Assembly (NCBI GenBank): GCA_020628305.1
Contig: JAHDFH010000001.1
Span: forward strand, 1-50,064
Source: Acidimicrobiales bacterium
GTDB lineage: Bacteria; Actinomycetota; Acidimicrobiia; Acidimicrobiales; SZUA-35
Direction of reading: 5' to 3'
DNA length: 50,064 nt
Position numbers and translations under genes: made by a program. The notes below the pieces were generated by a model that had not been told where the DNA came from, did no database searches, and saw nothing but the letters and a program-made list of their open reading frames with translations. Each line of letters opens with the position of its first letter. The stretch's first letter is position 1. Shown piece after piece: positions 1 to 9,278 of the stretch.

Positions 1-36
1 CCCCACGGTGGGGACGGTCCTATCCGACTCATTGCG

Positions 37-110
37 GTCATCCTAAAGGGGTCTTTGGTAGCCAAAGCTAGTTAGAGATCCTCCTACGGCATCAAGCCTC
101 GGAGAATGAC
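37..110. repeat. degenerate palindromic (REP-like) element
   Basis: GTCATCCT (37-44) pairs with AGAATGAC (103-110, 1 mismatch). Internal hairpin CTTTGG-tag-CCAAAG. A separate hairpin CCCCAC-g-GTGGGG lies at 1-13. Single copy in the window. Confidence 0.3.
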
Positions 111-155
111 GGCGTGGTGTGGGCCATGTTTTCAGACGATTGTGGGTGCCTGCAA

Positions 156-1064
156 TTACGGCGTTGGGCGGCGAGTTGCCGTTGAGACCCTGTGCCTCTG
201 AAATGTAGCTATAGCTGAATCTCTACGCCTTGTAGCAGCTGGTCGTGGGACGGAGCTTACCCGGTTGCTAGCTGGGGGTACTGTAGATGGTCCTTCATGC
301 GCTCGATGAGTAGGCCGAGGAGTATGCGCTCGATGATTTTGTGCCGTAACTGAACGGTTCGGAGTCACTGTGGCGTTGCGTGGGCGCACAGTTCCGTGAG
401 CAGCGGCTTGAGTAGTCGTAGCTGGTCTAGCTTGAGCGGCTGGAGTAACTTCTCCTGCTTGACGGCGTACTGGTTCAGCGTGCTGGTCGAGGAATCCGGC
501 GACGTCGTTGCGAGCGCCATGCGCGTCCTCCAACATCACTCGCTTGATCTCTTCAAAGCCTACATAGCCCAAGAAGTTACCTTGACTGTCTAGCTGCATA
601 GCGCCGTACTGTCCGGCCTTGTAGCGCTTAGCCGTCATGCCGAAGCCTTTCATGACTTGTGCATATTGTGTGCCGTCCGGAGCGTCGACCAGTCTTGGCG
701 TTTGTAGCGCCTTGGAGAGCTCGGTGTGTGCCTGGGTTATGCGCCCCGCTTCCATGCGGTCAATCCAGCCTTTGCTGATTGCTACATGTAGACAAGCTTC
801 GAGTGCTTTGGGGTGCATCAGCGGATGTGTTTTGCCCTCAGAGTCGATGATCTCAAACAATCCATTGGGGTTGATGGCCCCGTGAATTTCATGTGCCTGA
901 CCAGTGCTTGCATCAACGAATTGGATAGGTGCTACAAGGCCAGAAATGTTAGGGCCAGCTTCGAGTCGATCTAGGGGATCGACAAGTTCTTGGTTGAACG
1001 AGTTGGCTAGGCGCGCCAGCTCCCCTTGAGTATGGGATCTGTGTTGTGGAAGACTTGTTGTCAT
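156..1064 (-). CDS. hypothetical protein with Arg/Pro/Thr-rich disordered C-terminus
   Basis: 302-aa ORF; AGGCGG leader and TATAAT (-10, ~1097-1102) upstream; no recognisable domain. Confidence 0.65.
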   Translation of the reverse strand: MTTSLPQHRSHTQGELARLANSFNQELVDPLDRLEAGPNISGLVAPIQFVDASTGQAHEIHGAINPNGLFEIIDSEGKTHPLMHPKALEACLHVAISKGWIDRMEAGRITQAHTELSKALQTPRLVDAPDGTQYAQVMKGFGMTAKRYKAGQYGAMQLDSQGNFLGYVGFEEIKRVMLEDAHGARNDVAGFLDQHAEPVRRQAGEVTPAAQARPATTTQAAAHGTVRPRNATVTPNRSVTAQNHRAHTPRPTHRAHEGPSTVPPASNRVSSVPRPAATRRRDSAIATFQRHRVSTATRRPTP

Positions 1065-1232
1065 CTCACTCCGCCTAAGAATTTGCCGCTAGCTCAATTA
1101 TACCGCACCTACAGAGCATAAATCCAGTCCCAAATGGGTGAAATCTCGACCAAGTTTTCTTCTCAAATTGTGGTTCAAGTGGCCCATTTCCTGACTCCAG
1201 TCAGCACCGGCAACTTCGTCTAGACTAAAGAG

Positions 1233-1829
1233 GTGACTTATATTGCGTTTGAAGGTCCTGAAGGGTCGGGAAAGAGCACTCAAGCCGCTCGTTTAGCCAA
1301 GAAAACAGGCGCCTTGCTCACTCGAGAACCTGGCGCCACTCAGCTGGGAAAAAGCATCCGTGAAGCACTACTTTCTAACTCTGGTGCTGAAATATCAGCC
1401 GAATCTGAAGCCATTTTGATGGCAGCTGACCGAGCGCAAACAACAAGAGAGATAGTTGTTCCAGCAATGAAGCGAGGACAGCATGTGATTACCGACCGTA
1501 GCGTCTATTCGTCTTTCGCTTATCAGGGGTATGGGCGTGGTTTAGAACTGGAGTACTTGCGTGAGCTGAATAGGTTGGCTCTAGCTGATGTCTGGCCACA
1601 ATACGTTGTGTTGATCGACCTTCCTGCTGAGGCTGCTATGGGGCGCCTTAACAGAGAGTTGGATCGCTTCGAGCTTGCCGGTGAAGACTTTCACCAACGG
1701 GTAAATGCGGGTTACAAAGCTATGGCCCAGGCGAACCCGGACAGCTGGATAGTTGTGGACGGATCAGGTTCTGTTAAGCAGGTTGAAGAGCGTGTCTGGG
1801 GAAAGGTCCGCTTCATCTTTGAGGGCTAG
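1233..1829 (+). CDS. tmk: thymidylate (dTMP) kinase
   Basis: P-loop FEGPEGSGKST, TREPG, DRSVYSSFAYQG; next to holB. Confidence 0.96.
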   Translation: MTYIAFEGPEGSGKSTQAARLAKKTGALLTREPGATQLGKSIREALLSNSGAEISAESEAILMAADRAQTTREIVVPAMKRGQHVITDRSVYSSFAYQGYGRGLELEYLRELNRLALADVWPQYVVLIDLPAEAAMGRLNRELDRFELAGEDFHQRVNAGYKAMAQANPDSWIVVDGSGSVKQVEERVWGKVRFIFEG

Positions 1830-1863
1830 CCTCAGGACATTTGCCCCCGTCTCCATTGTCCCT

Positions 1864-1885
1864 TGTCGTAGCTTTGGGTTAGGAT
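1864..1885 (+). promoter_or_regulatory. PafBC/RecA-NDp-like DNA-damage promoter
   Basis: TGTCGT-N10-TAGGAT versus consensus TGTCGG-N10-TANNNT; ATG 6 nt downstream of the -10 (leaderless). Confidence 0.55.
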
Positions 1886-1891
1886 GCAGTC

Positions 1892-2263
1892 ATGAATTCG
1901 CAAAACACGCAAACACCTGCAGAAACAAAGTCAACTGAGAACGCTCCGTCTTTCCGTAAAACTAAGAGCGGCAAGTGGGCTGTAATGGGCCCAGTTGAGA
2001 CACTGCAGAAGGCCCTCGATGGTGACGGCAAGGTTGATGTATTGAAGAAGTCTGGTGACTGGAGTAGTTACACAGTTGTTTCTTTGGGCAAGCCTTTTGA
2101 TGTTGATGGCACCTCGATGTGTTACGGATATGACACTGTTGATGAACAGCCTTCTCAGCAAGGTGGCGGAGATATTGATCTGTCTAAAGCCCCAGTACAG
2201 GAAGATGGCGAACCTTTGCCGCAATTCCAAGGTTCTGAAGAAGACACCGAAGCACCTTTTTAA
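1892..2263 (+). CDS. small beta-rich protein with SSB-like acidic C-terminal tail
   Basis: 123 aa; basic/aromatic core (FRKTKSGKWAV...KKSG...GKPF...YGY), flexible Q/G linker, ends EEDTEAPF. Confidence 0.8.
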   Translation: MNSQNTQTPAETKSTENAPSFRKTKSGKWAVMGPVETLQKALDGDGKVDVLKKSGDWSSYTVVSLGKPFDVDGTSMCYGYDTVDEQPSQQGGGDIDLSKAPVQEDGEPLPQFQGSEEDTEAPF

Positions 2264-2271
2264 ACTAGTTG

Positions 2272-3345
2272 ATGGATTCCGAGCTCATAAATTTGATCTG
2301 GGATGGCTTTCCTGGTCAGGATAATGCAAAGGCACAACTTAATGCAGCTGCGCTTAATCAGGTGCATGCCTACATGTTTCTCGGCGAGTCCGGAACCGTA
2401 GATGCCGCTTTTAGATTTGCTGCTTTAGTTCAGGTTCAAGCCAATGACCTTGAAGGCTCTGAAGCTTCTAGAGTGATCGATCTTTGCCTACGGCAAAGCC
2501 ACGCAGATGTGATTTCTTTCGAGCCTGAAGGTTCGACACTGAGAGTGTCAGATGCAGAACAGATCATTGCAGCTTCGGCCACCACGCCTCTTGAGTCAGC
2601 TAAAAAAGTACTGATTGTTACCGGAGTTGATGAGATCGAACCAGCGGCTATTGGCAAGCTTCTCAAAGTTGTAGAAGAGCCACCACCTTCAACAGTTTTT
2701 GTGTTGCTCGCACAGAGCGTGTTGCCAGAAATCATCACCATTGCAAGCCGCTGCACACAGATTTTGTTTGCCCCTTTCGCAGAAGAAGCGTTAGTAAAGC
2801 ATCTGGTGGAAACCGGAGTTGATTCAGCAACTGCAGAGCTTGCAGCGCAAACCTCTGGCGGAAATATTGAACGTGCCAAACTGTTGGCAACTGACCCTAA
2901 CTTGGCGGCACGCAACAACTTTTGGAAAGCAATACCCTACAAACTGAATGGTAGAGGGGCAGTGGTTTCTCAGCTAGTCAACGAAGTGGAGGCCAAGATA
3001 GCTGAAGTGTTGGAGGTCTTGGAAGCAGAACAGGCAAACGAGTTGGCACGACTTGATGAAGCGATCAAGGAGCAGAAAGCCACCAATCAAGAACGCTCAA
3101 GAATGATAGCTAGTCACAAGCGGGCCGTTAGGAAGCTTCGCACTCAGGAGCTAAAATCAGGGCTATCGCTTATTGCAGGAACTTACAGAGATGCGATAAC
3201 CACAGCAGTTGGAACCCAAGCTGCTGATGAGCTTTTTGCAGCCAGCGATGCAATAGCGCTGGCCAATGAGTCACTCATCAGAAACCCCAACGAGGCTCTG
3301 CTGCTGCAAGATTTATTCTTCAAACTGCCTTCTTTGAACAGTTAG
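2272..3345 (+). CDS. holB: DNA polymerase III subunit delta'
   Basis: HAYMFLG, HADV, LLKVVEEPP, TIASRC motifs; tmk-holB-tRNA-Thr synteny. Confidence 0.9.
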   Translation: MDSELINLIWDGFPGQDNAKAQLNAAALNQVHAYMFLGESGTVDAAFRFAALVQVQANDLEGSEASRVIDLCLRQSHADVISFEPEGSTLRVSDAEQIIAASATTPLESAKKVLIVTGVDEIEPAAIGKLLKVVEEPPPSTVFVLLAQSVLPEIITIASRCTQILFAPFAEEALVKHLVETGVDSATAELAAQTSGGNIERAKLLATDPNLAARNNFWKAIPYKLNGRGAVVSQLVNEVEAKIAEVLEVLEAEQANELARLDEAIKEQKATNQERSRMIASHKRAVRKLRTQELKSGLSLIAGTYRDAITTAVGTQAADELFAASDAIALANESLIRNPNEALLLQDLFFKLPSLNS

Positions 3346-3404
3346 TGAATATTTGTAGCATCAGAGCCACAAAAGCCTAATCTCAAAGCTAAATTAGACT
3401 TATC

Positions 3405-3477
3405 GCCCGGATAGCTCAGTTGGTAGAGCAACTCATTCGTAATGAGTAGGTCGCGAGTTCAATTCTCGCTTCGGGCT
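3405..3477 (+). tRNA. tRNA-Thr(CGT)
   Basis: Cloverleaf: GCCCGGA/TTCGGGC acceptor, GCTC/GAGC D-arm, ACTCA-TTCGTAA-TGAGT anticodon arm, GCGAG-TTCAATT-CTCGC T-arm; no encoded CCA. Confidence 0.96.
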
Positions 3478-3509
3478 CTTGTCTGGTCCAGCACGTCAAT
3501 GGAGCGTTG

Positions 3510-3533
3510 GGGACGCGCCAAAACGCGACGCTA
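3510..3533 (+). repeat. 24-bp inverted repeat, left copy
   Basis: GGGACGCGCCAAAACGCGACGCTA; exact reverse complement at 5534-5557. Confidence 0.9.
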
Positions 3534-3748
3534 CCTGAGTCACCGAAGGTCTAGGCGGCCCTTCAATTTGGTCGTAGTTTCACAAGATGGGCTGTTGGCG
3601 CTTCTGCTGTTCGCCTATACTATAGACATTCTCGTGGAACTCCAGGTGAGTTGGGTGCCCTCTATAAGTAGCCCGAGTTTCCCAGTCAAATAAGCCTCTC
3701 CCAAGCCAGTTGATTTGGTTTGTTTCTTCCGGCTTCCTTTTCGAAAGC

Positions 3749-5536
3749 ATGCATGTTATGGACACGAATACTCAAAAACCTCATTCTGAAATATCTAAAC
3801 AAACCACTACCTTCGGCCTTATCAGGGACGCATCGAAGGGTTACCGACTCAGCATTGCTGGTTTCTTCGTGCTGTCGGCCTTTGGTACTGTGGCAGCAAC
3901 TGCCTGGGCTTTTATCGTTGCTGCCATCATTGATGCCATTGCCGATGGTCAAACAGAGCTCGACGGTCGAATCATTTGGCTGGCTGCTTCGTTCATAGTT
4001 TTGCAGTTTGTTAACGAGTGGGGTTGGCGGTTTGCTGAAATGTGCGCCCGTCACCATAAACCTCCGCTTATCGAGAAGGTTCGAAAGGCCCTGTTTGATT
4101 CGACGCTTGATAAGTCAAACGCTTACTTAACCGACAATTCAAGTGGCGAAATAGGTTACTGGATCAACGAAACAGCCAGCTCCCTACGAGCTCTGTTAGA
4201 CACAGTTTATTGGACGCTGTGGGGTTCCGCTGGTGGGTTAGTAGTGGCAGCTTTCTTCCTTCTGCAAAGCCACTGGATGCTTGCAGGCTTCTATGTGCTT
4301 TGGCTAGTGGCCCTGTTTGCTGTTACTTGGAAGCGGGGTGTGACATATAGCGATCTAGTTGGCAAAGCGACCAGCGAACGGTCAAAGGCATCAGGGCTTG
4401 TGATCGATAGTGTCAGCAACCATTCTGAGTTGCGAACCTTTGCAGCCAGAACTCGTGAGTCTGAAGCATTAGGGAGGCAACAAAGAACCCTGTTGGGTGC
4501 AATTAATACCGAGTGGACTCATAACCTTCGAACGAACATTGCTAAAGGTCACCTTTCAGTTTTTGGTCTTTCTATCGGGTTGATTCTGGCGCTGTGGCTC
4601 TATTTCGACGGTCAAATTACTGCTGGTGGATTTGTACTGTTCTTTACTTATTTTAACGCAGCGGCTTTTAGTCTTTGGGAAGTTGCTTGGGGTTTGACTG
4701 AGCTGTTCAAGCAGTCAGGAACGATCAAGAGTTGCTTGGTTGGTTTGCAGGGAAGTGATGAGCGTGTTGTGATCAAGGGTCCAGAGATTGATTCCTCCGG
4801 TGGTCTACCAATCAAGTTTGACAATGTTAGCTTTGCGTACCATGATCAGCCTGGGCAAGAAGTTTTGAGCGGCTTTAGCTTGGAGATAGCGCCGAATGAG
4901 TCCGTTGGAATCGTAGGCGAATCTGGTTCGGGTAAATCAACCATCACTGGTATTTTGCTGGCCATGTTTGATCCAACAGCTGGTGAAGTTATCTATGCAG
5001 GACATGCTCACAATACGTTAGACCCGGACGAGATTCGAAGGCACATTGCGTATGTACCCCAAGAGACCAATCTATTCAATAGAAGTTTGCGAGAGAACGT
5101 TGCTTATGCTCGCCCAGACTGTTCAGAAGTAGAAATAGTTGATGCTTTGAAAGCGGCTGAGGCATATCAGTTTGTCAGTGAGCTACCAGGTGGTCTAGAC
5201 ACTGTGGTTGGTGAGCGGGGAGTGAAGCTTTCGGGTGGTCAGAAGCAGAGAATTGCGATTGCGAGAGCTTTCTTGAAAGACGCTCCAGTGCTCGTGCTGG
5301 ATGAAGCAACCTCTGCTCTTGACTCTGTTTCTGAAAGAGCAATCCAGGTTGCCCTAGCAAGGTTGATGCAGAATCGCTCGACACTAGTGATAGCGCATAG
5401 ACTTTCAACTATTGCAGGTATGGACAAGATCATTGTGCTTGACAAAGGTGAGATTGTGCAACAAGGCACTCATTCTGAATTGCTTCAAGAAGAAGGGGCA
5501 TACTCACAGCTTTGGCAGATGCAGCAAGCGGGTTAG
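3749..5536 (+). CDS. ABC exporter, fused permease/ATP-binding (MdlB/MsbA-like)
   Basis: N-terminal TM domain; GESGSGKST, LSGGQKQR, LVLDEATSALD, IAHRLST. Start uncertain (3710/3749/3758). Confidence 0.93.
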   Translation: MHVMDTNTQKPHSEISKQTTTFGLIRDASKGYRLSIAGFFVLSAFGTVAATAWAFIVAAIIDAIADGQTELDGRIIWLAASFIVLQFVNEWGWRFAEMCARHHKPPLIEKVRKALFDSTLDKSNAYLTDNSSGEIGYWINETASSLRALLDTVYWTLWGSAGGLVVAAFFLLQSHWMLAGFYVLWLVALFAVTWKRGVTYSDLVGKATSERSKASGLVIDSVSNHSELRTFAARTRESEALGRQQRTLLGAINTEWTHNLRTNIAKGHLSVFGLSIGLILALWLYFDGQITAGGFVLFFTYFNAAAFSLWEVAWGLTELFKQSGTIKSCLVGLQGSDERVVIKGPEIDSSGGLPIKFDNVSFAYHDQPGQEVLSGFSLEIAPNESVGIVGESGSGKSTITGILLAMFDPTAGEVIYAGHAHNTLDPDEIRRHIAYVPQETNLFNRSLRENVAYARPDCSEVEIVDALKAAEAYQFVSELPGGLDTVVGERGVKLSGGQKQRIAIARAFLKDAPVLVLDEATSALDSVSERAIQVALARLMQNRSTLVIAHRLSTIAGMDKIIVLDKGEIVQQGTHSELLQEEGAYSQLWQMQQAG

Positions 5537-5557
5537 CGTCGCGTTTTGGCGCGTCCC
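5534..5557 (-). repeat. 24-bp inverted repeat, right copy
   Basis: TAGCGTCGCGTTTTGGCGCGTCCC; spans the whole gap between two convergent stop codons. Confidence 0.9.
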
Positions 5558-7542
5558 TAATGCGTACGGGCAGGCCCCGAAGCTAGCTGATGCTTGGCTC
5601 CAAGAACACAAGCAGCTATGAAAGGATCACGCGCAAGGTCTGCAGGGGGAGTTGATACGGTAGCTCGCCACGCAGGCGACAGACGCATAGTTCTGGCCGC
5701 TCCCCACAGTCTTGCGATGTCTTCATCTTTCTTTGATGGTTTCTCAGTTGCGCCTGATTCGATATATTGCTGCCATTCCTCTGCCAGCTGCAGGGCTTGT
5801 TGGTCTCCGAATAATGCTTGACGCTTTATAGCCAGTAGCTGGTTTTTCAATTCGGTTTCAAGCTTGACTTTGCCAGCGTCGACCAGTTCGAGGATTTGGT
5901 TGGTTGCTGTAACAGCAACCTCTACTTGCGAAATAGTCCCGTGATCGATGACGACATTGATAGTTTCGACAAGATTGTGGGCGTACATTATGTGCTTCCC
6001 CTTCAGAATCTTGCCTTTGAAAGGCTGCTGTGAAAGCCAGATAGCGGATATGTCCGCTTGGATCCAGGACGGAAGATTGGCATTTCGACACGCTGGCGTG
6101 TAAGAAAGACTCGGAGTGTTGCGTTCAAAGTTGCGTTTCAGGGCTTCGCCGGCTCTGTGTTCAAACTCAGGATCGTTTATAGCGTTCAGTGTTGCTTTCA
6201 CCTCTGATGTTCGATTGTCGGCATTTCCTGTTAAACTCCCGATTATCACTATTGCTCGGTCACAGAGTGCTGTATACAGGTCTGAGCTAGGAGAAATTAG
6301 AGAAACCAAGTCAGTTATACCCCAGGCCGATCTGATGCAAGGGATGAGAGAAGCTACGATTGGCTCCACTTCTTGGTCACCTAGCATGCCGTTTTGATGC
6401 AACACCTTCAAACCACGTAGAGCCGTTCTTGTAGAGAGCTTGGGGCTAGAGAGAAGTCTTTTGGCTTCGTCCGAGTTAGAGCCATTTAAGCAGGCTGTTG
6501 CAGCTTCGACTACAAAGTCCGATATTTCATCATCCCAAAATGCAAGGCGGTCAGCTTCAGCTGCAACCTCCAACGCTCGTGTTGGATCTTCTGAAATTAG
6601 ATATTGAGTGACGCTCCATTTCTTCTTCTTAATAAGTGGAAAAGCAAAAGTGGCTATCCAATCAAGGAATGCTGATTTTGCATGTCCATCTACATCTTGA
6701 TCGAATCCATGACGGGCCCATTCATCAAGTCGGCTGTAGTCATGATCGAACGCAGCCAAGTGATGAGGCATCATGATTTGGAAGATGAAAGAAGCTCGTT
6801 CAGGGTGGGCAGAGGCTGTGGCAAATATGAGGGCGAGCGTATCCAATGGGCGTTGCCAGTTACTGCTGCGGTCGAAGTTTGGTTTACCTGTCATGGTCCC
6901 AAGAATCTGGCCCAACTTCTGCTCAGCAGGGATATTTGGGTCTGTCACGTCTGGATGAGGAGGTTCGTCTAGAGAACGCATCTGTGATGGCACGTCGTAG
7001 CCCAAGACCCCTCCAAACAACAATCGAGCATCCCTTAGTTGTTGTTTTTGTTCGTCTGTGAAAGACCTAAGAGCTGAATGTGAAGATCCCAGTTTCAGAT
7101 AGCCAAGACTGATTTGGGTGAGAAACTGTTCGGTGAGCACTTCTTTGACCGTGTCATCACTGAGATCCTCTATTCCGCTCAGTGACCATGCTGCGCTTTG
7201 AAAATTGGTAGCGATTGCCCTAAGTCCGTGTTCTCCAAGATGGTCAATATAGATGTGACTTGGAGCGTTGATAGTGTCGTCTGCCGCAAACTCAGTCGCA
7301 AGGTCAGCTTGACTTATAAAGCCTGAGTCCAGCAAGGCAGTTACTGCTTGTTTAACGTCCTCAGTCTTGGAAACCCATACTTTTTCATCAAAAGGGTTGT
7401 AGAGGCAAGCCGCTAGCTGTCTTGATCGTTCTTCTGAATCGGGTGATCGCAACACAAGGCTCAGAACTGCCCATCTGTCTTTAACAATTGCCTTCTGTTG
7501 TTCGTCTGGTAGCGAGTAGTAGCAAGATTCGAGAATGTTCAT
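5557..7542 (-). CDS. hypothetical, probably all-helical protein
   Basis: 661-aa ORF with AAGGTGG leader; no recognisable domain. Confidence 0.75.
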   Translation of the reverse strand: MNILESCYYSLPDEQQKAIVKDRWAVLSLVLRSPDSEERSRQLAACLYNPFDEKVWVSKTEDVKQAVTALLDSGFISQADLATEFAADDTINAPSHIYIDHLGEHGLRAIATNFQSAAWSLSGIEDLSDDTVKEVLTEQFLTQISLGYLKLGSSHSALRSFTDEQKQQLRDARLLFGGVLGYDVPSQMRSLDEPPHPDVTDPNIPAEQKLGQILGTMTGKPNFDRSSNWQRPLDTLALIFATASAHPERASFIFQIMMPHHLAAFDHDYSRLDEWARHGFDQDVDGHAKSAFLDWIATFAFPLIKKKKWSVTQYLISEDPTRALEVAAEADRLAFWDDEISDFVVEAATACLNGSNSDEAKRLLSSPKLSTRTALRGLKVLHQNGMLGDQEVEPIVASLIPCIRSAWGITDLVSLISPSSDLYTALCDRAIVIIGSLTGNADNRTSEVKATLNAINDPEFEHRAGEALKRNFERNTPSLSYTPACRNANLPSWIQADISAIWLSQQPFKGKILKGKHIMYAHNLVETINVVIDHGTISQVEVAVTATNQILELVDAGKVKLETELKNQLLAIKRQALFGDQQALQLAEEWQQYIESGATEKPSKKDEDIARLWGAARTMRLSPAWRATVSTPPADLARDPFIAACVLGAKHQLASGPARTH

Positions 7543-7555
7543 GTATCCACCTTTT

Positions 7556-7613
7556 TTGACCGCTAGGTAAGACTATCCGCTTGAAGTGCGGTTTCGCTGC
7601 CTAGCCAGGTCAA
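7556..7613 (-). other. long imperfect stem-loop in the leader of the 661-aa gene
   Basis: TTGACC/GGTCAA, GCTAGG/CCTAGC and CCGC/GCGG nested pairings. Confidence 0.45.
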
Positions 7614-7639
7614 TCGTTACTACACCACCCCTAGATTGC

Positions 7640-7654
7640 TGTACAAATTGTACA
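7640..7654. promoter_or_regulatory. palindrome, possible operator overlapping a TACAAT -10
   Basis: TGTACAA-A-TTGTACA between divergent genes. Confidence 0.4.
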
Positions 7655-7670
7655 TATGGATGTCTAATCT

Positions 7671-7970
7671 GTGCATGAGGTAAGAAAGACATCTAAAAAA
7701 GCAGCTATAACAATACTTTTGGCTGAACTGCAGGGCGTTAATCGCCGTTGGACAATTATCACCGGAGTTTCCTGGACCTTGACCATCATCTTTTCGCTAA
7801 GGGCCTTTCAGCTCGGAGAGGTGCAAACAGTGGCTCCTTTGCAGGCGTTAGGCGTTGTCCTCAATGTTTTGGTGGCTTTTGTGCTTTTCAAAGAACGTGA
7901 GCATCGCTTACAAAAACTGACCGCAGGCGTTGCAGTCGTGGCTGGCGCTTATTTACTAACTGGGGTTTAG
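7671..7970 (+). pseudogene. EamA/DMT transporter C-terminal fragment
   Basis: AFQLGEVQTVAPL...FVLFKER...QKL matches the final helices of EamA; only 99 aa. Confidence 0.55.
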
Positions 7971-8000
7971 CAGATCACTCTTGCTAGAATTCGGGTCGAG

Positions 8001-9191
8001 GTGGGCAAAATGTCGGAAACGTCACAGCAGAAAACACTTACCGAGACGTTTGTAGATTCAGCGGCCCAGTCCGCCGTTCCAGAAATGACTGATGAGCGAT
8101 CCTCAACGATTAATCTGGTTCGCCCACTGGCAATACTCTTTATGACCTTGGTGCACGTCAACCCAGGGTTGGCTATCTACGAAGGAGTTGAGACCGTAGG
8201 GTTAGATTGGCTGCGGTACATCAAGGTGATCACGGCCGGGATTATAGGGAAAACTAGTGTGCCATTGCTGAGCATCGTTTCAGGCTATCTGGCTGTATCA
8301 GTACTAAAGAGAGCTTCATATCAAGGCTACGTGGTCTCTCGGTTTAAAACGCTCTATGTTCCAATGGCTGTTTGGAATGTAGTTGGGCTCGTAACCGCTG
8401 CTCTAGCAGCTTCTTATCTGGGTGTGGTTACTACCAGCTATGAAACAGTGCAAGATCAGTCATTGCTTCGAATGGTACTGTCATCGGTCTTTGCTTTGGA
8501 CAATGGAGGATACACAATCGCCCTAAACTTCCTTAGGGACCTCTTCTTGGTGTCTTTGTTCACACCTGTACTGATCAAAGTGTCAAGGTCCAAGATGGGT
8601 ACCGTAGTTGCGGTGGCGCTCATGGCACTCTCAGCTATGGATCTAACTGCTGCTCCTGTAATTTACAGGCTGACAATTGCAAGCTTCTTCTATCTCGGAA
8701 TCTATCTATCGATCAATCAGCAATTGATTCGTGTCGTGGAACAAAGGTGGAGGCCCCTAGCCGTTGTCACCTTGTTGACCGCATCTGTTGTTTTTGCTCA
8801 ACAGGTTGGCTGGTGGGAAACCGCTGGTAGCGCGTCTATTGAAGTAACTAGCGCTGAGCTGTTGCTTCGTCTCTTGATGGCGGCGAGCCTATGGAACTTA
8901 TGTTCTTGGCTGGTCCGAAAGGACATCAGGTTTTCGAGAACTACAGCTGATGCTACCTACCTGTTTTTTCTAAGTCATGTCTTCCTATTTGGCTTGCTTT
9001 GGGTTGGGTGGGAAAGGTTGGTTTCGGCTGACGCAACACAAGCGATTTACCTGGTGTTTTACTTCGTGGCACCCGTAGCTACTTTTGGCGGCATCGTGGT
9101 TGCTTCAAGAATGCTTAACTACTTTCCGGCGGCGGTCCAGATACTCCTGAGGGGCAAGAAGAAACCCCGGAAAGTACTAGACCTAAGGTAG
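8001..9191 (+). CDS. acyltransferase family 3 (ExoH-like) membrane protein
   Basis: LVRPLAILFMTLVH, SVPLLSIVSGYL, LNFLRDL, YLFFLSH; ~10 TM. Start may be 8010 or later. Confidence 0.85.
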   Translation: MGKMSETSQQKTLTETFVDSAAQSAVPEMTDERSSTINLVRPLAILFMTLVHVNPGLAIYEGVETVGLDWLRYIKVITAGIIGKTSVPLLSIVSGYLAVSVLKRASYQGYVVSRFKTLYVPMAVWNVVGLVTAALAASYLGVVTTSYETVQDQSLLRMVLSSVFALDNGGYTIALNFLRDLFLVSLFTPVLIKVSRSKMGTVVAVALMALSAMDLTAAPVIYRLTIASFFYLGIYLSINQQLIRVVEQRWRPLAVVTLLTASVVFAQQVGWWETAGSASIEVTSAELLLRLLMAASLWNLCSWLVRKDIRFSRTTADATYLFFLSHVFLFGLLWVGWERLVSADATQAIYLVFYFVAPVATFGGIVVASRMLNYFPAAVQILLRGKKKPRKVLDLR

Positions 9192-9278
9192 GGGTTTGGG
9201 GATGTGGTCGCAAAGCCAAAAGCGCTTGCTTGTGGTGAAGTGCCTCAGCTGAAGAAAATTTCTACCGAGAAGTAGTAA

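Noticed and set aside
3442-3765. Short ORFs 3442-3693, 3580-3765 and 3686-4057
   Set aside because: They overlap the tRNA, the repeat or the ABC gene and have no motifs; probably spurious
7556-7613. Hairpin as an integron attC site or c-di-GMP riboswitch
   Set aside because: Lacks RYYYAAC/GTTRRRY ends and the two-stem GEMM consensus
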